Shown here: piece by piece, positions 1 through 6,513 of the stretch
Numbering within the stretch: position 1 is the first letter of the stretch
Layout: each line of letters starts with the position of its first letter
IMG/VR virus record: IMGVR_UViG_3300045988_053841
Reading direction: 5' to 3' (one strand)
Length of the DNA: 41,047 nucleotides
Origin: a virus
Translations under genes and position numbers: made by a program
The notes under the pieces: model-generated
Told to the model about the DNA's origin: nothing
The model's input: the letters and a program-made list of their open reading frames with translations, nothing else
Databases searched by the model: none

Positions 1-119
1 AAAGCCTTGTGGCACAAAGCTTGCGTGGAAAATTTGATAAAACGTGGAAAGACATAAAAAATCAAAAATGGCATGGGCAACAATCCTATGGTCGGCGCGA
101 CCGTGGCCGTGGCTGTTGC
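1..119. repeat. Terminal direct repeat, copy A. Most likely a circular-genome overlap, alternatively a physical DTR.
   Basis: Bases 1-119 read identical to 40929-41047. The window begins and ends exactly at the repeat boundaries, with no flanking host DNA. Confidence 0.9.
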
Positions 120-220
120 TGTGGCGGAGGCTGTAAAAGCTTGATGGCACAAGGGCTGCTGGATTTTCGGCAAAATTGTGACTTCCTAAATAACGGGCGA
201 CGAATAGGCCGAAAACCCGG

Positions 221-263
221 TTTTGTCCACATTTTGTCCACATTTTTTCTGAACGTGGACAAG
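221..263. repeat. Putative integrase arm-type binding sites of attP (TGTCCACATT x2 direct, plus one inverted GTGGACA)
   Basis: TGTCCACATT at 224-233 and 235-244, with inverted GTGGACA at 256-262. The same tandem pair recurs at 40844-40864, on the other side of the circular junction. Confidence 0.5.
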
Positions 264-271
264 AAATAGGC

Positions 272-304
272 GAGAAAAGAGCGCTGCCGCCAGCAGCGCT
301 CTTT
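272..304 (-). terminator. Rho-independent terminator downstream of the integrase
   Basis: Perfect stem AAAGAGCGCTGC / GCAGCGCTCTTT (276-287 / 293-304) with a 5-nt loop. On the minus strand it is followed by TTTTCTC. Confidence 0.7.
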
Positions 305-1619
305 AATTTGCGGCATACAGGCTTTCAAGCTTTTTGGCCGTGTCGGCCTCCATCTGCTGCGTAAGGTGCTGGTAGATGTTGAGGGTGGTTTTGATATCCT
401 TGTGACCGAGGCGCACCTGCACCGCCTTGGGAGGCACTCCGGCAAAGAGAAGCTCCGTGCAGTGCGTGTGCCGCAGCGAGTGATAGTCGAAGGAGGGACA
501 AATGGCATCCGGGGATCGAACGCGGGATACCTTGCCGTTCTTCTGCACATTCCGCCAGCCGTGGATCACACGGCAGCATTCCTGCATGGTACGCGGACGG
601 ATAAGGGAGCCGTCGTCATTGACGTTGATCATGTGGATCTCCGTGCCGATGCCATCGGTGTTGAGTGTAAATGGGGGGACATCGTCCGCGGAGCTGCGTG
701 CCGGGGTGACATATTGCCGTTGGAAATAGGGACCATAGGAGAGCTGCGCCTCCCGCTGGTGCTGCCGGGTACGTCGGAGCAGCGCCAGCGTTGCGCTGTC
801 CAGTTGGATGGTGCGGTAACTGTCGTACTTCGGGGGAGCGAAATACAGATCATCCGGAGAGCGCCTGCGTTCCTTCGGAGAGGTATCGCCGCCTCCGGGG
901 CGGTATTGGATCTGACGGTTGACAGACAAGGTGGCAGCGCCGAAGTCTACGTCCTCCCACTGCAGGGCGAAAGCTTCGCCGAGCCGGAGGCCGCAGCGGT
1001 AGCCGAGAACAAGCGGGATGTGCATGGGATGCCCCTCCGGGAAGCGCTCGAATATCCGGTGGATGGTATCGGCGTCCAGAACGTCCCGTTGCTTAGTGCG
1101 TGTCTTTAACATGGGCTGCGCTCCGCGCCGGGGGAGTTCGGCATCCGGCACGGGGCTATTCTGAATAAACTTCATCTTTTTGGCATACTTCATGGACTTG
1201 CTGAGGATGCCCTTTACACCCGCGATGGTGTTGCGGCTGTATCCGCGGTTGAACAGGTCGTCGATGAGCGCCTGCACAGAGGCGGTCTGGAGCGCAGATA
1301 TGGGGTATTTGCCGATGGCGGGGACGATATGGTTCTTTATCTTCTTGCGGTAGTTGGTGAGGGTGGTATCTTTGAAGTTGAAAACACCGTAATTATCCAG
1401 CCAGTAGTTGAGGAAATCGGCCACGCTCATTTGGGACGGAGTGAACTTTAGACCGGAGTTCCGGTATTCCTGCCAGGCTGTCATGCCGGCGGCGTATGCC
1501 TCGCCGGCGGTATCGAAGCCGCCGCGGGAGATCCACTGCCGCTTGCCGCCGACGGACGCGGACTCGAAGCGGTATTCGTATTTCTTGCCTCGCCGGCGGG
1601 TAAGCACTTTACTGCCCAT
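303..1619 (-). CDS. int: Tyrosine recombinase / phage integrase
   Basis: ATG at 1619 is preceded by GGGAGGTG. The C-terminus carries HSLRHTHCT (HxxR) and LGHKDIKTTLNIY (catalytic Tyr). The track ORF extension to 1787 has no RBS and overlaps the next gene. Confidence 0.93.
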   Translation of the reverse strand: MGSKVLTRRRGKKYEYRFESASVGGKRQWISRGGFDTAGEAYAAGMTAWQEYRNSGLKFTPSQMSVADFLNYWLDNYGVFNFKDTTLTNYRKKIKNHIVPAIGKYPISALQTASVQALIDDLFNRGYSRNTIAGVKGILSKSMKYAKKMKFIQNSPVPDAELPRRGAQPMLKTRTKQRDVLDADTIHRIFERFPEGHPMHIPLVLGYRCGLRLGEAFALQWEDVDFGAATLSVNRQIQYRPGGGDTSPKERRRSPDDLYFAPPKYDSYRTIQLDSATLALLRRTRQHQREAQLSYGPYFQRQYVTPARSSADDVPPFTLNTDGIGTEIHMINVNDDGSLIRPRTMQECCRVIHGWRNVQKNGKVSRVRSPDAICPSFDYHSLRHTHCTELLFAGVPPKAVQVRLGHKDIKTTLNIYQHLTQQMEADTAKKLESLYAAN

Positions 1620-2232
1620 CTTTGTCACCTCCCGGCTCGTGACCGATGAAAACGGTGTGGGATCGCTTCGTATACCGGGAGGACATACGAAGCAGACAGT
1701 GGCCCATGACGCAGGCGGCCGCGATGACCAGAAGCAGAATAAACCACGCGGCAAGCGAGATGTTGCCGCCGATGATAAGTCCCGCATTTGGGAGACGAAA
1801 GTCCCAAATTAGATACCAGACTACAGCAAAGAACATAAGCGAACAGACAGTGATAAGCGAATAGGTACGCCGCGTCAGTTCGGAGCGGAGAGCATCGTTG
1901 CTATCCCGCAGACTGCGGATCTCGCCATTGCGCTCCGCCAGTTCCAGCTCAAGGGCACGGATCCGCTGCTCCAGCTCCGCGCGCTGGCGCTCCGCCTCCG
2001 GCCTGACTGCGCCGAACATCTCATCGATGGACAGATCCAGCACGCGGGCCAACGCCGCCGCCTGCACGATGGTAACGCCGCCGTTGCCGCTTTGTGCGTT
2101 GCGGACGGTGGAGTATGGGACGCCGGAGCGCTCGGATAATTTTTCGTTGGTGAGGCCGAAGCGGGAACGTGCCATGCGGAATGCTTTGGGGTATGCACGG
2201 ATGTATGGGGATAACTCGTCAATAACGGACAT
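1609..2232 (-). CDS. Membrane-anchored XRE-family HTH protein (HTH, coiled coil, two TM helices)
   Basis: ATG at 2232 is preceded by AAGGAGG. N-terminal HTH (LTNEKLSERSGVPYSTVRNAQSG), a central E/R/A/L-rich heptad-like stretch, and hydrophobic helices LITVCSLMFFAVVWYLIW and ISLAAWFILLLVIAAACVMG. Confidence 0.75.
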   Translation of the reverse strand: MSVIDELSPYIRAYPKAFRMARSRFGLTNEKLSERSGVPYSTVRNAQSGNGGVTIVQAAALARVLDLSIDEMFGAVRPEAERQRAELEQRIRALELELAERNGEIRSLRDSNDALRSELTRRTYSLITVCSLMFFAVVWYLIWDFRLPNAGLIIGGNISLAAWFILLLVIAAACVMGHCLLRMSSRYTKRSHTVFIGHEPGGDKDGQ

Positions 2233-2251
2233 AGTGCTCCTCCTTACATAA

Positions 2252-2310
2252 ATTACCCATATTGGGTAGCAATTCCCCAAATTGGGCAAATTTTTACCCG
2301 AATATAGGTA
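2252..2310. promoter_or_regulatory. Three tandem 17-bp operator-like repeats upstream of the membrane-anchored HTH gene
   Basis: ATTACCCATATTGGGTA (2252-2268), ATTCCCCAAATTGGGCA (2272-2288) and TTTACCCGAATATAGGTA (2293-2310). Spacing is about 20-21 bp, and the first two are internally palindromic. Confidence 0.5.
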
Positions 2311-2371
2311 GGAAAAAATTGAGAAAAAACGCGAATTGTTAAAATAGGGCAGAAATTGTCAGGATAGCTCA

Positions 2372-2401
2372 TTGACTTTTCGTCTACGCCGGCAGCATAA
2401 T
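2372..2401 (+). promoter_or_regulatory. Candidate promoter reading into the 3' end of the repressor gene (antisense)
   Basis: TTGACT (2372-2377), 18-nt spacer, CATAAT (2396-2401). Confidence 0.35.
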
Positions 2402-2444
2402 GAATACAGAAGGAAGCAGGAAGCCGGACGTAAAGGGGAGAGAA

Positions 2445-2597
2445 ATGAGTTTAGATGACAGGATACTGGAAAGGTTCCAACTACTGACGGAGGACGAGAA
2501 GATCCTCATCCTCGTTGGCTTAATAGAGTCTCTATCTGGGCCAGCAGCAGACGCTTCTGATCCTCGGTCAGACAGCGCAGCAGCTCGATCAGCTTGA
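2445..2597 (+). CDS. Possible small ORF (50 aa), convergent with and overlapping the repressor 3' end
   Basis: ATG at 2445 is preceded by AAGGGGAG. It encodes MSLDDRILERFQLLTEDEKILILVGLIESL..., which resembles the repressor C-terminal LTEDQKRLLLAQIETLL. The last ~90 nt overlap the minus-strand CDS, so the call is uncertain. Confidence 0.3.
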   Translation: MSLDDRILERFQLLTEDEKILILVGLIESLSGPAADASDPRSDSAAARSA

Positions 2598-2844
2598 CAT
2601 CCAGAGGGGAAAGACCGTCGCCGGCCAGGGCGGCGGTTTTTTCATAGCCGGCGCCAAAGAGAAGTTCGCTTTTATCAAGGCCGAAGAAAGCGGCCAACTT
2701 CTCCACGGCGCCCATTCTGGGCTCACGCTTGCCGGACTCCCATGTGGATACGGCCTTGTCGGAGACTCCGACGGCGTCGCCTAACTGTGCCTGTGTGAGC
2801 CCGCGAGACTCGCGTAAACTCTTGATATTTTCACCGATGGACAT
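2506..2844 (-). CDS. CI-like XRE-family HTH repressor
   Basis: ATG at 2844 lies 8 nt after GGAGGTG. HTH is LTQAQLGDAVGVSDKAVSTWESGKREP. The gene is divergent from a Cro-like gene across a 140-bp switch region. Confidence 0.8.
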   Translation of the reverse strand: MSIGENIKSLRESRGLTQAQLGDAVGVSDKAVSTWESGKREPRMGAVEKLAAFFGLDKSELLFGAGYEKTAALAGDGLSPLDVKLIELLRCLTEDQKRLLLAQIETLLSQRG

Positions 2845-2871
2845 AAGCATCACCTCCGAGTTTATGGGTAC

Positions 2872-2900
2872 AGCATATACTAAATGTAGGAAAATTGCAA
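2872..2900 (-). promoter_or_regulatory. Candidate repressor promoter
   Basis: On the minus strand: TTGCAA (2895-2900), 17-nt spacer, TATGCT (2872-2877). Confidence 0.35.
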
Positions 2901-2931
2901 CATCAAAAAATAAAATTCCTACAAATAGTTC

Positions 2932-2960
2932 TTGACATCCTACTTATTGTAGAGTATAGT
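2932..2960 (+). promoter_or_regulatory. Near-consensus sigma-A promoter for the Cro-like gene, with an overlapping operator
   Basis: TTGACA (2932-2937), exact 17-nt spacer, TATAGT (2955-2960). The spacer contains TCCTAC-ttatt-GTAGAG. Related half-sites are TGTAGGAA (2885-2892) and TTCCTACA (2915-2922). Confidence 0.7.
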
Positions 2961-2984
2961 GTGAGGCAGAAGGAGGTGAACGAG

Positions 2985-3203
2985 ATGCAATTCTCACCCA
3001 AAATGGCACGGCAATTCGCCGGACTGACACAGGTGGAAATGGCTGAAAAACTGGGCATTTCTCGCGATACTTACAGGCGCATAGAGGCCCATCCGGAGAC
3101 AGCGACCATCTCGCAAGGCAAGATGATCGCTGCGGTCACCGGCGTAAGCTTTGATACTATTTTTTTTGGCGGCAACTCTACAAAAAGTAGAGTTTCGGCG
3201 TAA
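2985..3203 (+). CDS. Cro-like XRE HTH regulator (72 aa)
   Basis: ATG at 2985 is preceded by GAAGGAGGTG. HTH is LTQVEMAEKLGISRDTYRRIE. The gene is divergent from the CI-like gene. Confidence 0.75.
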   Translation: MQFSPKMARQFAGLTQVEMAEKLGISRDTYRRIEAHPETATISQGKMIAAVTGVSFDTIFFGGNSTKSRVSA

Positions 3204-3207
3204 ATAA

Positions 3208-3231
3208 GACCGCGCCCGGAGGGACGCGGTC
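3208..3231. terminator. Hairpin between the convergent cro-like and YHYH genes
   Basis: GACCGCG (3208-3214) pairs with CGCGGTC (3225-3231). On the minus strand it is followed by TTATTTA. There is no clean T-run on the plus strand. Confidence 0.35.
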
Positions 3232-3240
3232 GGCAGGGGA

Positions 3241-3666
3241 CTATTTCTTTTTCTTCCGGGAACGCATGGCCCACTCATAGATGGCGACCGGGATCGCAAA
3301 GGCGATGACAGTCTCCGCGATGCCAAGCCAAAACTTGGTGCTCGTAATGAGCGACACGAGGTCGTCCCATGTCGAGGTGGAAGCCTTGACCGGTTCGCCG
3401 GTATCAGCGTCATTCCGCAGCACGGGCATTTCAACGGAGCCGGAGCCGCCACCATCGGACGGCCGGCTATCAGCACCGGTGCGGTCATCGAAGTTGTATG
3501 GGCACTGCCCGTTGTAATGCTGGTGGGCCTTGTGGCCGTGGTGGTAATGGTATTCGCCGGTGGAACGGTCGTAATGGCCACCGGCGGCATCGGTGCCTCC
3601 GGGATGAGCGAGAGCCACCGTGCAGCAGAGAAGCAGCGCAAAGAGCGCTACGAGCAGTTTCTTCAA
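3241..3666 (-). CDS. Secreted, membrane-anchored YHYH-motif protein (moron)
   Basis: TTG start at 3666 lies 9 nt after GGAGGTG. Signal-peptide-like N-terminus (MKKLLVALFALLLCCTVALA), the motif GGHYDRSTGEYHYHHGHKAH, a C-terminal TM helix and a KKKK tail. The protein contains VEMPVLRN. Confidence 0.7.
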   Translation of the reverse strand: MKKLLVALFALLLCCTVALAHPGGTDAAGGHYDRSTGEYHYHHGHKAHQHYNGQCPYNFDDRTGADSRPSDGGGSGSVEMPVLRNDADTGEPVKASTSTWDDLVSLITSTKFWLGIAETVIAFAIPVAIYEWAMRSRKKKK

Positions 3667-3690
3667 GACACATCACCTCCCCTTTACGCC

Positions 3691-3719
3691 AGTATAGCAC
3701 GGCGGCGGGGCGGGCGCAA
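3691..3719 (-). promoter_or_regulatory. Candidate own promoter of the YHYH moron
   Basis: On the minus strand: TTGCGC (3714-3719), 17-nt spacer, TATACT (3691-3696). Confidence 0.4.
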
Positions 3720-3735
3720 GAGAGGAGGGCAGGAC

Positions 3736-3978
3736 ATGACGAACATAGAACAGCTGCCTCGGCTGCTGACGGTGCCGGAGGTGGCGGAGCTGCTGGGCGT
3801 CAACCAGGGGAAGGTACACGAACTGCGGAAAAGCGGTCTGCTGCCCTTCCTGAAGCTGGGCGCTTACAAGTGCCGCCCGGAGGCGCTGGAGGAATTTCTG
3901 GCGAAATGGGAGGGCTGGGACATTTCAAACCCCTACCAACCGTGCGAAATGAACCCGGCGGAGGCCGGGAGCAAATAA
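3736..3978 (+). CDS. xis: Excisionase-family / MerR-like HTH DNA-binding protein
   Basis: ATG at 3736 is preceded by AGAGGAGGG. The sequence LLTVPEVAELLGVNQGKVHELRKSGLLPFLKLG is typical of the excisionase-type HTH_17 fold. The gene sits in the lysogeny module. Confidence 0.6.
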   Translation: MTNIEQLPRLLTVPEVAELLGVNQGKVHELRKSGLLPFLKLGAYKCRPEALEEFLAKWEGWDISNPYQPCEMNPAEAGSK

Positions 3979-4001
3979 TCAACAACAGGAGGAAAAACAA
4001 C

Positions 4002-4658
4002 ATGAAACATGAGACTTTGACCATTTGGAGCGCGGAGGACTTTGCCCGCCCGGAGAAGCTGGCGGCGCTGCGCGTGGGCGACGAGGTCGCCTTCCAACTC
4101 AAGAACGGCAAAGATGCCGCCTTTGTGGTGGCGGACATCGCCGATGGCGTCCTTACCGGCTGCCTTTTTAAGGGCGTGCGGGACATGGCCATGTACGACG
4201 GCCGCCGCTGGTGGAACACCGACTATGTGAACTATCCGGAGAGCGACGCCAGAGAGCGCCTCAACGAGGAGCTCCTGCCCCTGCTGCCGGACGAGCTGGG
4301 GGCACTGTTGGTGGAGCGCACCATCGTCCAGACGGTGGACGGCGTGGCGTACAGCTGCACGGACAAGCTGTGGCCCCTGTCTGCGGTGGAGGTGTTCGGT
4401 GAGGACGCGCCGGACTGGATGCGGCGGGACGATACGCCGGACAAGCCCCTGCCGTCTTTTGCCGAGGACCAGGCCAACCGGAAAGCGTACCTGTGGTATG
4501 CCTGGCTGCGCTCGCCGTATGCCAGCAACAGCAGCTATTTCTGCAGTGTGTACACGTCGGGCGCCGCGGACTACTACATTGCCAGCCTTTCGCTTGGCGT
4601 CGCCCCCGGCTTTCGCATCGGCATCAAGGCCAAGACGGCGGAGCCGGCGCAGGACTGA
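4002..4658 (+). CDS. DGR variable protein 2 (remote target), DUF6273-like / C-type-lectin-fold-like C-terminus
   Basis: ATG at 4002 is preceded by AGGAGG. The C-terminus AWLRSPYASNSSYFCSVYTSGAADYYIASLSLGVAPGF is encoded by VR2, which matches the TR at 29064-29188 except at TR adenines. Confidence 0.85.
   Translation: MKHETLTIWSAEDFARPEKLAALRVGDEVAFQLKNGKDAAFVVADIADGVLTGCLFKGVRDMAMYDGRRWWNTDYVNYPESDARERLNEELLPLLPDELGALLVERTIVQTVDGVAYSCTDKLWPLSAVEVFGEDAPDWMRRDDTPDKPLPSFAEDQANRKAYLWYAWLRSPYASNSSYFCSVYTSGAADYYIASLSLGVAPGFRIGIKAKTAEPAQD
4498..4615 (+). repeat. DGR variable repeat VR2
   Basis: Codon-by-codon comparison with the TR. TR AAT/AAC codons appear here as TAT, AAC, AGC, TAT, AGT, TAC, GAC, TAC, TAC, ATT and CTT. 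Non-adenine positions are identical, including the GGCGTCGCCCCCGG tract. Confidence 0.85.
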
Positions 4659-4668
4659 TCGAAAAGGC

Positions 4669-4693
4669 TATCCCCCGGCGCAAGCCGGGGATA
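4669..4693 (+). other. GC-rich hairpin with a GCAA loop downstream of VR2 (DGR target-recognition-type element)
   Basis: CCCCGGC (4673-4679), loop GCAA, GCCGGGG (4684-4690). It lies inside a 45-nt block (4658-4702) that is 40/45 identical to 28454-28498 downstream of VR1. Confidence 0.6.
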
Positions 4694-4708
4694 CGAAAGG
4701 AGCAGAGC

Positions 4709-4927
4709 ATGAACAAGAGAAAGAGCCGCGGCGCCAAGTTCGCCGAAGGGGAGCAGGCGGTGTGCCTCACCCCGGCGGCTGCGGAGAGAAACGGCGGGCA
4801 CCCGCCCATAGGCACGGTACTCCGGGCCACGAAGCGGAACGGCGCGTGGGCCTACCAGGTGCAGGTACGGGACACGGACCGCATCGAGACCTGGTCGGAG
4901 GACACGATGGGGAGGCTGACGGTATGA
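4709..4927 (+). CDS. Hypothetical protein (72 aa)
   Basis: ATG at 4709 is preceded by GAAAGGAG. Codon usage is GC3-rich, like the neighbouring genes. Confidence 0.55.
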   Translation: MNKRKSRGAKFAEGEQAVCLTPAAAERNGGHPPIGTVLRATKRNGAWAYQVQVRDTDRIETWSEDTMGRLTV

Positions 4928-5013
4928 GCGCCTTCGGATGGATATGCGCCTATATCGGCGCGGCGTGGCTGGCCGGGGCGGCGCTGAAATGCGTGGAGGC
5001 GCTGGGCCGGTGA
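4924..5013 (+). CDS. Possible small hydrophobic peptide (29 aa)
   Basis: ATGA overlap with the previous stop codon. GGGGAGG lies 9 nt upstream. Sequence MSAFGWICAYIGAAWLAGAALKCVEALGR. Confidence 0.35.
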   Translation: MSAFGWICAYIGAAWLAGAALKCVEALGR

Positions 5014-5546
5014 CAGAGACACGGATGGAACGGAACCGGCGGGCGCGGGTCTACAGCCACGCCTGCCGCATCCGGCGGCTGCGGAACGCCCTGTGGGCGG
5101 TGGCCGCCGTGCTGACGGTGCTGCTGGCGGTGGAGCTGATCTGGCTGCTAAGCAGCAGACCGGCGCCGGAGGGCACCGCGCAGGAGCCGCGGGAGATGGC
5201 GGTCCTGCTGGAGCCGGAGATCACGGAAAGCACCGGCGTGTTCACGGTGACGGGCTACTGCGCCTGCTGCACGCCGTACAGCCACCTCAACCGCTGCGGC
5301 GACCTTGTGCTGACCGCCAGCGGAGAGTGGGTACACCCCGGCGAGGCGGTGGCGGTGGATCCGGACATCATTCCGCTGGGCAGCACCGTGACCATAGGCG
5401 AAAAGACCTACAGGGCGCTGGACACCGGCGTGCGCGGCTATGTGGTGGATGTGCTGATGAGCCACGAGGACGCCGCCGCGGCCGGCGCCAGAAGGGAGCT
5501 GGTAACATGGACAACCGACCAAAGACAGGGAGAAACGCCGAGCTGA
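5010..5546 (+). CDS. Membrane-anchored 3D-domain (MltA/RlpA-like) cell-wall protein
   Basis: GTG at 5010 (GTGA overlap, GGAGG 10 nt upstream); ATG at 5025 is an alternative start. TM helix ALWAVAAVLTVLLAVELIWLL. 3D-domain pattern TVTGYCACC...TASG...VAVDPDIIPLGSTV...ALDTG...VDV. Confidence 0.65.
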   Translation: MTETRMERNRRARVYSHACRIRRLRNALWAVAAVLTVLLAVELIWLLSSRPAPEGTAQEPREMAVLLEPEITESTGVFTVTGYCACCTPYSHLNRCGDLVLTASGEWVHPGEAVAVDPDIIPLGSTVTIGEKTYRALDTGVRGYVVDVLMSHEDAAAAGARRELVTWTTDQRQGETPS

Positions 5547-5773
5547 AGCCCTGCCTGCACTGCACGGAACGCTACGTCGGCTGCCACGGAAGGAACGAGG
5601 ACGGGAGCTACCGCTGCGGGAAGTACGCCGAGGTGGAGGCCGCCAGGGCCGAGGAACGGGTGAAGCTGACCGCCTACCGGCGGGAGAAGGAGATAGACCG
5701 CTACCAGCGGCACAAGATCAACGAGTACAGCGCAAAGGCCGAAAAGGCCCGGATGCGCGGAAGGGGACGGTGA
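5507..5773 (+). CDS. Hypothetical Cys-rich protein (88 aa)
   Basis: ATG at 5507 is preceded by GAAGGGAG. Contains CLHC...C...C, then a basic coiled tail. Confidence 0.55.
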   Translation: MDNRPKTGRNAELKPCLHCTERYVGCHGRNEDGSYRCGKYAEVEAARAEERVKLTAYRREKEIDRYQRHKINEYSAKAEKARMRGRGR

Positions 5774-5775
5774 AT

Positions 5776-6102
5776 ATGGCCGAGGGAAAGGGCAAAAAAG
5801 ACGACTTCCTGTGGTGGGTACAGTGCGATGGCCACTACGACGTGCCGGTGATCGCCCCCAACTGGGAGCTGGCCACGGTGGAGGCGGCGCACCTGTGGGG
5901 TGTGCCGTGGGCCAAGGTGGCCGCCCGGTGCGAGCTGCGGGAGAAGCTGCCTGTGGTGCGGAACGTGTGCCAGCGGTGCGGCAAGATCTTTCACGGCTCC
6001 GGCCCGCTGTGCGACGACTGCATCAGCATCATCCGCATAGAGGAGCAGCGGAGGGCCGCCGCCAGGAAGGACTACTTCCGGCGGCTGTATGCCGGACATT
6101 GA
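5776..6102 (+). CDS. Hypothetical zinc-ribbon protein
   Basis: ATG at 5776; GTG at 5770 is an alternative start. Contains CQRCGKIFHGSGPLCDDC. Confidence 0.55.
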   Translation: MAEGKGKKDDFLWWVQCDGHYDVPVIAPNWELATVEAAHLWGVPWAKVAARCELREKLPVVRNVCQRCGKIFHGSGPLCDDCISIIRIEEQRRAAARKDYFRRLYAGH

Positions 6103-6145
6103 GAGCCGGACAAGAGACAAACAGACAAACAGGAGGAACTGTGCG

Positions 6146-6508
6146 ATGAACGAGTATTTGGACAAGGCGCTGGAGAAGCTGCGTACCGCCAAGGCGCCCA
6201 CGGGCCAACGGGAGGCCGTGGTGTTCAAACCGGTGGTGGCGGCGCTGGAGGACTTCTGCCGACAGGATGCGGAGTTCGCCCAGGCGGTGGCACAGGGCGG
6301 CAGCGTGGAGGAGTGCGTCAAGACCGTGCTGAAGGGCGTGGGCGGCAGCCTGAGCGACCTTGAGGCCTACAAGCGGGCGGCGGCGTTCTTCTTCCCCGGC
6401 TGCGTGGTGACCATGAAGCTGTCCATTGCCATGTGCGAGCACGACGTAGTCCAGGCGGTACCGCAGGAGCGCAAGGCCGTGGTGCTGGATCTGGCGGACT
6501 TCTGGTGA
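6146..6508 (+). CDS. PcfK-like protein (tentative)
   Basis: ATG at 6146 is preceded by AGGAGG. The pattern ...SVEECVKTVLKGVGGSLSDLEAYKRAAAFFFPG resembles my recollection of the PcfK-like family. It lies immediately upstream of a PcfJ-like gene, the usual pairing. Confidence 0.4.
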   Translation: MNEYLDKALEKLRTAKAPTGQREAVVFKPVVAALEDFCRQDAEFAQAVAQGGSVEECVKTVLKGVGGSLSDLEAYKRAAAFFFPGCVVTMKLSIAMCEHDVVQAVPQERKAVVLDLADFW

Positions 6509-6513
6509 GCGCC

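Noticed and set aside
9-269. 86-aa + strand ORF across the junction/attP region
   Set aside because: It lies in the repeat-rich non-coding attP region, has no RBS, and has odd composition (a CCCGGGC run). It spans the terminal overlap.
303-1787. N-terminal extensions of track ORFs (int to 1787; 3498..4658; 3517..3978; 5093..5773; 6433..8292; 13646..14599; 15702..16460; 20522..21577; 29152..30588)
   Set aside because: The upstream parts overlap neighbouring genes, have shadow-frame composition and lack an RBS. Internal ATG/GTG codons with AGGAGG-type RBSs give products that start at the recognisable domains.
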